From NCBI GenBank assembly GCA_964577555.1, contig CAZNZM010000014.1, forward strand, positions 1 through 6,038: a stretch of 6,038 bases of DNA. Reading direction: 5' to 3'. This document shows positions 1 to 6,018 of this stretch, piece after piece. The notes beneath the pieces were generated by a model. That model was not told where the DNA came from, did not search any database, and saw nothing but the letters and a program-made list of their open reading frames with translations. Numbering within the stretch: the first letter of the stretch is position 1; every line of letters starts with the position of its first letter. A program made the position numbers and the translations under genes. This DNA is from an uncultured archaeon. GTDB taxonomy: Archaea; Iainarchaeota; Iainarchaeia; Iainarchaeales; Iainarchaeaceae.

Positions 1-8
1 TTTTTTTT

Positions 9-26
9 GTGAGCCGTTTTTTTGTC
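9..26 (+). repeat. Intergenic motif copy 1: GTGAGCCGTTTTTTTGTC
   Basis: Direct sequence match to the family of copies at 2641, 3977 and 5995. Confidence 0.55.
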
Positions 27-123
27 ATTTTTCTTTTTTTTTTGAATTCTTTTTTTTGTTAATTATTTTTTTTTGATTGGATTTTGTTTTTTTTTGTTGG
101 GCGTTTTTTTTGTTTTGTAATTT

Positions 124-139
124 GTGAGCGTTTTTTTTC
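124..139 (+). repeat. Intergenic motif, degenerate copy: GTGAGCGTTTTTTTTC
   Basis: Matches copy 1 except for one missing C in GAGCC(G) and a lost G near the end of the T-tract. Confidence 0.35.
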
Positions 140-169
140 AAATATTTTTTTAATTATGTTTTTGATTGT

Positions 170-1483
170 TTATTTTTTTATTTGTTTTTTTTCTTTTTGT
201 TCAACCCATTTTATTTTAAGGAAGTGGCTTGCACAACTCATGCACGGGTCGTATGCCCTTACAAGCTTTTCAATTTTGTATTGTATTTTATCTTTGTCTT
301 CTTCAATCATTTCTTGCACAATATTTTTTATGTCTTTTTCAATGCTTATTTGGTTTTGTTGCGTTGGAACTATCACGGTTGCCCTGTCTATTATGCCATT
401 TGCATTTAAAGAAACTTTATAATAAAGAGTGCCCCTTGGAGCCTCTATAACGCCTATTCCAGTTCCTTCTTTTGGTTTTATTTGAGGCAAGTTTTCTGGT
501 TCGAATTTGTGGTTTGTGAGAATTTCAATTGAATGGTCAATGCTGTGCAAAATTTCTATTGCTTGTGCAAGATTGTTGTCAAAAACATTGTTTGAAGGAA
601 AACGCTTCAAATACTTTTTTGCATCTCTTTTAGTGTTTTTATGCAAAGAGTTTTTTCCTAAGTTCAATCTTGCAAGCGCACCAACAAAAAAATCTCCTCC
701 TTCGAAATCGTAACCTGTTGCGGTTGAATAAGGTATAACCACTTTGTGCAAATGTTTGTTGTAATCCTTTTCTTCAACGGAAAGCCCTGAAGAACTCTTT
801 ATTTTTCCTATGAGAAAACTGAAATCTTCGGTAGTGAGGGCGACAAAATTGGAGTTCCTTTCAAGCCGTTCCTTCCAATTGTAATAAACATCTATCAATT
901 TGATGACTTTTGGCCTTATGGCTTTTAGGCTTTCAACAACTTTTTTTGCTTCTTCGTTGGATGGTACTTTGGCAAACCCTCCTATTGTGGGATATGGAGC
1001 GTGAACAGCTTTGCCGGCAACCAATACGCACAAATCGTTTCCGGCTTTTTTTACAGCAAAAGCATCATGCAACAATTCGTGTTCCACCTCGTTTTCTTCG
1101 TTGAATTCAAGTATTGAGTCTTTGTTGAAGACATCAGGCAATGAAAACAAGTAAAGATGTAATGCATGGTCCCTAATCATAAGCCCGTAAGTCGCAAGTT
1201 TTTTCAATAAAATTGTTTGATGCGAAGGTTCAACTCCTAAAGCCTTTTCAACAGCTTCAATGCAACACATTAAGTGTGCAATGCTACATGTTCCGCAAAT
1301 ACGTGACATTAATTGTGGCGCAGCCTTGAAATTTTTTCCCCTTGCCGCTTCTTCAAAAAACCTTTTGTTTTCTGTTATGCTGAATTTCACATTTTCGACT
1401 TTTTTGTTTTTTACTTTGACATAAAGTTTTGCATGCCCCTCTATTTTGCTTATGTTGTCCATGGTTATGTCAAAACTATGCAT
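170..1483 (-). CDS. [NiFe] hydrogenase large (catalytic) subunit, group 3-like cytosolic type
   Basis: The protein has the N-terminal SKIEGHAKL signature, the L1 motif RICGTCSIAH (RxCGxCxxxH) and the C-terminal L2 motif DPCMSCASH (DPCxxCxxH). A 17-aa tail (FLKIKWVEQKEKKQIKK) follows the final His and is consistent with a peptide removed by a maturation endopeptidase. The track ORF begins at a GTG (1492). An in-frame ATG at 1483 has GGTG about 8 nt upstream and is the more likely start. The stop is TAA at 170-172. Confidence 0.95.
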   Translation of the reverse strand: MHSFDITMDNISKIEGHAKLYVKVKNKKVENVKFSITENKRFFEEAARGKNFKAAPQLMSRICGTCSIAHLMCCIEAVEKALGVEPSHQTILLKKLATYGLMIRDHALHLYLFSLPDVFNKDSILEFNEENEVEHELLHDAFAVKKAGNDLCVLVAGKAVHAPYPTIGGFAKVPSNEEAKKVVESLKAIRPKVIKLIDVYYNWKERLERNSNFVALTTEDFSFLIGKIKSSSGLSVEEKDYNKHLHKVVIPYSTATGYDFEGGDFFVGALARLNLGKNSLHKNTKRDAKKYLKRFPSNNVFDNNLAQAIEILHSIDHSIEILTNHKFEPENLPQIKPKEGTGIGVIEAPRGTLYYKVSLNANGIIDRATVIVPTQQNQISIEKDIKNIVQEMIEEDKDKIQYKIEKLVRAYDPCMSCASHFLKIKWVEQKEKKQIKK

Positions 1484-1961
1484 TTGTGACACCGAATTCT
1501 TTCATGTATTTTTCCAGAACCTTGATAAAAGTCTCTTCAATCATCGGGCAGCCGCCCACATAGTCATCAACTTTAACCACTTCATCAACTCTTTTGACAA
1601 CTTTGTTTAATAAGTATTTTTCAACCATTGGAGCAATTTCATTCTTTAATTCATCGTTGAAATTGTTCCTTTGCCCTGCAGGACTGCCGGTGACGGCACA
1701 AGAACCTATTGCAACAAGTTTTTTGCAATTCGCCCTTATTTTTTTTAATTCTTCAGCATCGTGCTTGTTCGCTATTGCACCCTCCACGAAAGCAACATCC
1801 ATATCCTTGATCTCGCTTTTTGATTTTAGCACCCTGATGCTTTTGAAATCAATTAATTTGAACCATTTCTCGTAATTGTCATTAAGCAGTTCAGTGAAAA
1901 CTATTGTACTGTCTTCGCAACACGAAAAAGAAAACCACCCTATTTTAAGTTTTTTTTGCAT
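1476..1961 (-). CDS. [NiFe] hydrogenase small subunit, short form with only a proximal-cluster domain
   Basis: The protein contains the conserved segments DVAFVEGAIA, LVAIGSCAVTG and VGGCPM, typical of the small-subunit proximal FeS domain. It lies immediately upstream of the large subunit and overlaps it by about 8 nt. The track ORF starts at TTG (1970); the ATG at 1961 (MQKKLKIGWFSFSCCEDS) is a better start. Confidence 0.9.
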   Translation of the reverse strand: MQKKLKIGWFSFSCCEDSTIVFTELLNDNYEKWFKLIDFKSIRVLKSKSEIKDMDVAFVEGAIANKHDAEELKKIRANCKKLVAIGSCAVTGSPAGQRNNFNDELKNEIAPMVEKYLLNKVVKRVDEVVKVDDYVGGCPMIEETFIKVLEKYMKEFGVTNA

Positions 1962-2042
1962 ATAATTCAAAAAAATAACGAACCGAGTCTTTTTATTCTT
2001 TTTCTAAAATTCTTGCAAAACATCCATTTTTTTTGCTTTTCA

Positions 2043-2588
2043 TTAAAAAATTTTTCCAGTTTTTTCCGCAAATTCCATTGCTTTTGGTTTGCTTATTTTT
2101 TCAACAATCATGCCTCTGTGTATGACTACGAATTCTCCTTTTTTTACGCTTTGCTCAAAATCCGTTGAAACTTTTTGCAATCCAATTGCAGTTTTAACTG
2201 TCGCTTTGTCTTTGATTTTTTCAATTACTATTCCTGGAAAAGTTTTGCAATACTCCGGATCAAAATCCCGCATTAATTCGTATCTTTCTTTTATAACATT
2301 GTCGTGTCCCAACCAGAAATAATTTCTTATGATATTTTTTGTTATTCTATTTCCGTTTTCAATTGCCAATGCCGCACATTTGGCGTAAGCCACTTTGAAA
2401 ATTTTTTCAGGTTCGCCTTCCGGTAATTTTCCAGACTTTATCATTGAATAGAGTTTTTCATACTGGCTTTTTGAAATAGAATTTCTTTTTACAAGAGTTG
2501 TGGCGCAAGGCACGGCATATTTCAAAAACAACAATTTGTCTTTTTTATCCATAATAAAAACTGGTTCTTTTTGTTTTGTTTTTTTCAT
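2043..2588 (-). CDS. Uncharacterised N-terminal domain fused to a HypC-like domain, putative hydrogenase maturation factor
   Basis: The C-terminal ~75 aa (CKTFPGIVIEKIKDKATVKTAIGLQKVSTDF...VKKGEFVVIHRGMIVEKISKPKAMEFAE) resemble the HypC/HybG pattern C-x-x-x-PG-x-V...GD(E)-x-V-x-V-H-x-G-x-x-x-E-K. The N-terminal ~105 aa (KYAVPCATTLVKR...NIIRNYFWLGHDNVI) are not recognised with certainty. The gene is co-oriented and directly upstream of the hydrogenase subunits. Confidence 0.75.
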   Translation of the reverse strand: MKKTKQKEPVFIMDKKDKLLFLKYAVPCATTLVKRNSISKSQYEKLYSMIKSGKLPEGEPEKIFKVAYAKCAALAIENGNRITKNIIRNYFWLGHDNVIKERYELMRDFDPEYCKTFPGIVIEKIKDKATVKTAIGLQKVSTDFEQSVKKGEFVVIHRGMIVEKISKPKAMEFAEKTGKIF

Positions 2589-2640
2589 TTTGAAACCCCG
2601 TATTATTTTTAATATTCAACCATTGTTTTGTTTGTTTTTG

Positions 2641-2657
2641 GCGAGCCGTTTTTTTGT
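2641..2657 (+). repeat. Intergenic motif copy: GCGAGCCGTTTTTTTGT
   Basis: Identical to copy 1 over this length except for T->C at position 2. It lies between the hypC and HypC-fusion genes. Confidence 0.55.
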
Positions 2658-2739
2658 GGTTGATGTTTTTTACAAGCTTTTTTTTAGCCAATTTTTTTAG
2701 TGTTTTTTTGCAGCTTTTGCAGTTTGTTTCTGCTTTTAT

Positions 2740-2958
2740 TTATTTTTTTATTCCAAAGGCTTTTTTTCTTGAATTTATTATGGATAGAGCTTCTTTATTT
2801 TCAAGCTTCTCCACAACAAGCCCTGCAGCGCAAGAAACATAATCGCCTTCTTTCAGTTTAACAATTCCTGGATTCAACTCTTGTTTTTTTCCATTAATTT
2901 CTACAACGCAAGACTTTTGTTTTACTTTTATGACCTTGCCAACTATCGTAATGCACAT
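2740..2958 (-). CDS. hypC: HypC/HybG-family hydrogenase assembly chaperone
   Basis: This is a 72-aa protein beginning MC (MCITIVGKVIKVKQKSCVVEINGKKQELNPGIVKLKEGDYVSCAAGLVVEKLENKEA). It has the Met-Cys N-terminus, a small beta-barrel pattern and a KEGDYV...AGLVVEKL segment typical of HypC. Confidence 0.8.
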   Translation of the reverse strand: MCITIVGKVIKVKQKSCVVEINGKKQELNPGIVKLKEGDYVSCAAGLVVEKLENKEALSIINSRKKAFGIKK

Positions 2959-2966
2959 AAACTCAA

Positions 2967-3887
2967 CTATGCTTTTTTCAGCTTCAAAAACTTGGAATTT
3001 GCCAAATCAACCAAACTTGCAAAATAACCTGTGCCAAGAATAATGCCGCATCCTAAAATTATCAAAACAAACCCTAAAGCATCATTTGCTGAAATTAAAG
3101 TGCCTGAAAAAACCAGTGAAAGAACAGCAGTTATTGGCTGGCCCAAAGCAAGAAGCGCGGCAGCAACGCTGGCTCTTACATATTTCAAGCCAGTATAATA
3201 AAAAAACACGTAAAAGAAAAGCAATATGCCGGTAACAAAAATCCAAATAATTTGGTCAGTATTAAGCGCGGCAATGTCATTCAATTGCCCTGTAAAAGCC
3301 AAAAAAGCCAGCATTATTATAGAACCAAAAAACATTCTTCCAAATGCAACAATTCTGCCATAGCTTTGTTCCAAAAACTTTTTTGAAAGAACATTTTCCA
3401 AACCCCACAAGATCACTGCAATTAAAATAATTGCATCAGCCAAACCAAAACCAGAAAATTTTGAAAACAAAATAAAATTTCCTATAAGAAGCAATACAGC
3501 TCCTATAATCAGTTCTTTGTTTATTTTTTCTTTAAGAAAGAGAAAACCAAATATCAGAACCCAAACAAAAAGTGTTTTATGAATGAAACCAGCGTTTATT
3601 GCGGAAGTCAATTTCAAGCCATAAAAGTAAAGCAAAAAAGGAACGCTGCCGCCGACCAAGCCTATTAATGCCAATTGCCCCCATTGGCGAAAATCAAGTT
3701 TTTTCAAATTTTTTAGTTCGCCCAAAATAAGTATGAGGGAAACCAAGAGCAATGCCACAATAGTATTTTTCATTGTTGTAAAAACAAATGCGTTCATTCC
3801 TCCAACAGCATACTTGTTAAGAAAAATACTGATGCCGCTGACCAATGCGGTCATTAGTATAAATGCTATTCCGCGATTTTCGTTCAT
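2967..3887 (-). CDS. EamA/DMT-superfamily permease (about 10 TM)
   Basis: This 306-aa, strongly hydrophobic protein has a two-repeat layout. Examples are GSVPFLLYFYGLKLTSAINAGFIHKTLFVWVLIFGFLFLKEKI and its second-half counterpart YTGLKYVRASVAAALLALGQPITAVLSLVFSGTL, typical of EamA transporters. It starts with ATG and ends 8 nt before the HypC start. Confidence 0.85.
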   Translation of the reverse strand: MNENRGIAFILMTALVSGISIFLNKYAVGGMNAFVFTTMKNTIVALLLVSLILILGELKNLKKLDFRQWGQLALIGLVGGSVPFLLYFYGLKLTSAINAGFIHKTLFVWVLIFGFLFLKEKINKELIIGAVLLLIGNFILFSKFSGFGLADAIILIAVILWGLENVLSKKFLEQSYGRIVAFGRMFFGSIIMLAFLAFTGQLNDIAALNTDQIIWIFVTGILLFFYVFFYYTGLKYVRASVAAALLALGQPITAVLSLVFSGTLISANDALGFVLIILGCGIILGTGYFASLVDLANSKFLKLKKA

Positions 3888-3976
3888 GAAACCCTTTAAA
3901 AGTAAAAATAAAAATTAATATAATTATTTTGGCTTGGGACGATATTGTCTTGTATTTTTTTAGGTTGATTTTTTTT

Positions 3977-3994
3977 GCGAGCCAATTTTTTGTC
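3977..3994 (+). repeat. Intergenic motif copy: GCGAGCCAATTTTTTGTC
   Basis: Same GYGAGCC core, T-tract and GTC end. It lies between the 5S rRNA and the EamA gene. Confidence 0.5.
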
Positions 3995-4057
3995 TTTTTT
4001 GGAGATTGTTTTAGCGGGACATTTTTTTTGGTTTTGCTTTAAAAGAATTAGAAAAGC

Positions 4058-4175
4058 GATTAGCAGCGTCAAAGCCGCTCCGTTCAACAGAACAGTGCAG
4101 ACAAAATCGCTGGCAGTCTTAACTTCCGGGTTCGGAATGAGACCGGGTGTTTCCCTGCCGCTATGGCCGCTAATC
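4058..4175 (-). rRNA. rrf: 5S ribosomal RNA
   Basis: The reverse complement reads GATTAGCGGCCATAGCGGCAGGGAAACACCCGGTCTCATTCCGAACCCGGAAGTTAAGACTGCCAGCG...GAACGGAGCGGCTTTGACGCTGCTAATC. It carries the canonical CCGAACCCGGAAGTTAAG core. The ends form a 10-bp helix I (GAUUAGCGGC/GCUGCUAAUC, one G-U). Total length is about 118 nt; exact ends may shift by a few nt. Confidence 0.95.
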
Positions 4176-4200
4176 AAAAACAATTTATCCACATGCAATG

Positions 4201-4209
4201 TTTAAATAC
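4201..4209 (-). promoter_or_regulatory. TATA-box-like element of the 5S rRNA gene
   Basis: The minus strand reads AGTATTTAAAC, centred about 29 nt upstream of the inferred 5S 5' end (4175). It lies immediately after the TBP stop codon (4211-4213). Confidence 0.6.
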
Positions 4210-4210
4210 T

Positions 4211-4795
4211 TTACTCTTCTTTGTATTTCTCTTTTTTTGTTCCCTTGCCGCCTTTTTCCTGGTTAATTTCTTTAATCATTTTGGCTGCTTTTTTTAGCCC
4301 TTTTTTAAGGAGTTCTTCGTTTTTTGCGCCAGCGCAAATTAGTTTGCCGTTCTTGAATAAAAGCAAAGTCAATTTTGGATCGTGTATCCTGAGTATTGCT
4401 CCAGGAAACTGTTCAGGTTCGTATTCAACGTTGTCCGATTCCATCGCTGTTTTGAACAAGTCAAGGTTCATTTTCAGGTTTGCGGTAGTAACCAAATTTA
4501 CTACTGTGTAATCAGCGTTTTTTTGAACTTTAACTCCTTTTTGAATTTCATGTATCATCTTTGACGCTTTGTAAATAGCCAATGGAATTTGACTTTCGCT
4601 GCTTGCCCCAGAACAAATGACTTTTCCATTTTTGAAAAGCAGCATTGAAACTTTTGGTTCTTTGAGTTTTAGTATTGCACCTGGAAATTGCTCTGGCTCG
4701 TATTCCACGCTTGGAATGGAAACAGCCAAGTTGTAAAGGTCAATGTTGGTATTAAGGTTCGCTGAAGCGACAATATTGACAATAGTGTATTGCAT
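4211..4795 (-). CDS. tbp: TATA-box-binding protein (TBP), archaeal
   Basis: This 194-aa protein has two direct repeats: IVNIVASANLNTNIDLYNLA...VEYEPEQFPGAILKLKEPKVSMLLFKNGKVICSGA and VVNLVTTANLKMNLDLFKTA...VEYEPEQFPGAILRIHDPKLTLLLFKNGKLICAGA. These are the hallmark TBP saddle repeats with FPG and LLF phenylalanines. A charged C-terminal tail follows. Confidence 0.97.
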   Translation of the reverse strand: MQYTIVNIVASANLNTNIDLYNLAVSIPSVEYEPEQFPGAILKLKEPKVSMLLFKNGKVICSGASSESQIPLAIYKASKMIHEIQKGVKVQKNADYTVVNLVTTANLKMNLDLFKTAMESDNVEYEPEQFPGAILRIHDPKLTLLLFKNGKLICAGAKNEELLKKGLKKAAKMIKEINQEKGGKGTKKEKYKEE

Positions 4796-4823
4796 TTTTT
4801 ATCCCCCAAAACCTTTTCGGTTC

Positions 4824-4885
4824 TATTAAAAGCCTTTAAAAACCTTTAAAAATGTATTTAAAAACCAGTTGGAAAGGCATTTAAA
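4824..4885 (-). promoter_or_regulatory. TBP promoter region with several TTTAAA TATA-like hexamers
   Basis: TTTAAA (palindromic) occurs at 4835-4840, 4845-4850, 4857-4862 and 4880-4885, and a TATTAAAAG occurs at about 4824-4832. A G-rich GGGGGAT lies just before the ATG and may be a ribosome-binding sequence. Confidence 0.5.
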
Positions 4886-4950
4886 ATTATTTTGTCTTTT
4901 TTGGGCTTTTCATGTGCCTGTTTTTTTAATTAATTGTTTGTAAATATTTT

Positions 4951-5244
4951 GTGTTTAGACTTTTTAGTGAACTTTCGCCGTTGAATTTTATTCTTGCTCC
5001 TTTTATGAGTATGATAGTTGTAATACTCGCAATAGTCTTGGCTTTTATTGGCAAGCTGCTGGTTCCGTCGCGACTTTTTTTCATAAATTTTTCCATTTCA
5101 GGCTTTGGTTTTCTTGCAGTTATTTATTTGATTCTCGGTTTTTTTGTTTTTATTATTAAAGGAAAAAATTCAATGCTTGGCAGGCTTGCGAATATATTTA
5201 TAATTTCAGGGCTTTTTGAATCAGTTTTTTGGGTTTTTGCATGA
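4951..5244 (+). CDS. Possible small multi-spanning membrane protein (97 aa)
   Basis: This GTG-start ORF encodes three hydrophobic stretches (MSMIVVILAIVLAFIG, FGFLAVIYLILGFFVFII, LANIFIISGLFESVFWVFA) separated by basic residues. A TTTAATTAATT element lies about 24 nt upstream of the GTG. It fills an otherwise empty interval between divergent tbp and the convergent exonuclease. It was not compared with any homologue. Confidence 0.45.
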   Translation: MFRLFSELSPLNFILAPFMSMIVVILAIVLAFIGKLLVPSRLFFINFSISGFGFLAVIYLILGFFVFIIKGKNSMLGRLANIFIISGLFESVFWVFA

Positions 5245-5250
5245 CTTTTT

Positions 5251-5820
5251 TTACCATCTGTCAATTTTGTCAATTTTCAATCTTACAATGCGATGGTAAA
5301 CAGCTTCGGTTATTTCTAAATCCTTTTTCAAGTATTCGCCTATTTTTTCCAGGTTTCCAAGCCTGTATTCATCTGCAATCATGCTACCATCAATTTCGTG
5401 CTTTTCAATTGCCAAAAAATCAGCAAATTCTTTAAGCTTGCCGCGAACATTTCCAAACTTATACGCGGATATTTTTTCTCTGATGTCAAGTATTTCTTTA
5501 AGCATAAAAGGAACTATTTCAATGTTGTTTATGAAACTTCTTGTCACAATGAACGGAATATCAAAATCTTTTATGTTGAAGCCAACTATTTTTATGTTGC
5601 TTGTTTTTGCTCTTTCTATTTCGTTCCAAAATTTTGAAAGTATTTCAGATTCGTTGTCGCCAATCAGAACTTTTGATTCTTCTCCTTCTTTTTTTATTCC
5701 TATTGCAATTATTTTGGAATCTATTGGATTCAACAACTTTTTCCTTTCTTCTTCATTCTTTTTCAAATATTCTTCTAATTCAACAGGGATTGTTTCAATG
5801 TCTATTATTATATAAGCCAT
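5251..5820 (-). CDS. PolB-like DEDDy-type 3'-5' exonuclease (stand-alone, RNase H-like fold)
   Basis: The 189-aa protein has Exo I YIIIDIETI, Exo II VGFNIKDFDIPFIVTR and Exo III YRLGNLEKIGEYLKKDLEITEAVY. This matches the exonuclease domain of family B polymerases without a polymerase domain. Confidence 0.85.
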   Translation of the reverse strand: MAYIIIDIETIPVELEEYLKKNEEERKKLLNPIDSKIIAIGIKKEGEESKVLIGDNESEILSKFWNEIERAKTSNIKIVGFNIKDFDIPFIVTRSFINNIEIVPFMLKEILDIREKISAYKFGNVRGKLKEFADFLAIEKHEIDGSMIADEYRLGNLEKIGEYLKKDLEITEAVYHRIVRLKIDKIDRW

Positions 5821-5841
5821 TTGTAATTTATTTTTTGAAAG

Positions 5842-5853
5842 TTATTTTAAAAT
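5842..5853 (-). promoter_or_regulatory. TATA-box-like element for the exonuclease gene
   Basis: The minus strand reads ATTTTAAAATAA, centred about 27 nt upstream of the ATG at 5820, which suggests a leaderless transcript. Confidence 0.45.
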
Positions 5854-5994
5854 GGAAGTTTTTTTTGAGTTTTTTAAACTTTCTCAAAACATTTTTTTGT
5901 CTTATTCAATCGTTTTTAATTTTTTGATGTTTGTTTTTGTTTTAAACTCAATTTTTTTGATTTGTTTTGCCGAATTTTTTTAATTGTTTTTTTT

Positions 5995-6014
5995 GTGAGC
6001 CGAATTTTTTTTGT
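5995..6014 (+). repeat. Intergenic motif copy: GTGAGCCGAATTTTTTTTGT
   Basis: Same GTGAGCCG core and T-tract, upstream of the exonuclease gene. Confidence 0.5.
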
Positions 6015-6018
6015 TTTT

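Noticed and set aside
1-170. Possible CRISPR array or tandem repeat in the T-rich left end
   Set aside because: No regularly spaced repeat-spacer pattern. Only homopolymer-like tracts and two dispersed motif copies are present.
84-422. Plus-strand 112-aa ORF rich in Phe and Cys
   Set aside because: It is made of T-rich non-coding DNA plus antisense of the hydrogenase large subunit. The Phe-rich composition is a by-product of T-tracts.
1594-1875. Plus-strand 93-aa ORF
   Set aside because: Antisense to the hydrogenase small subunit, which has strong motif support.
2589-2740. Possible missed small gene between hypC and the HypC-fusion gene
   Set aside because: The minus-strand sequence is A-rich with no listed ORF there, and the only plus-strand ORFs are T-tract driven. 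It is better treated as intergenic with one motif copy.
3896-4198. Minus-strand 100-aa ORF
   Set aside because: It reads straight through the 5S rRNA (the HSGRETPGLIPNPEVKTA segment is translated 5S core), so it is not a protein gene.
3975-4205. Plus-strand 76-aa ORF
   Set aside because: Antisense to the 5S rRNA, with no recognisable protein features.
5381-5815. Plus-strand 144-aa ORF
   Set aside because: Fully antisense to the well-supported exonuclease gene. Its Ser/Phe-rich sequence mirrors Lys/Glu codons.
5601-5927. Plus-strand 108-aa Leu/Phe-rich ORF resembling a membrane protein
   Set aside because: Mostly antisense to the exonuclease N-terminus plus T-rich intergenic DNA. The apparent hydrophobicity comes from the T bias.
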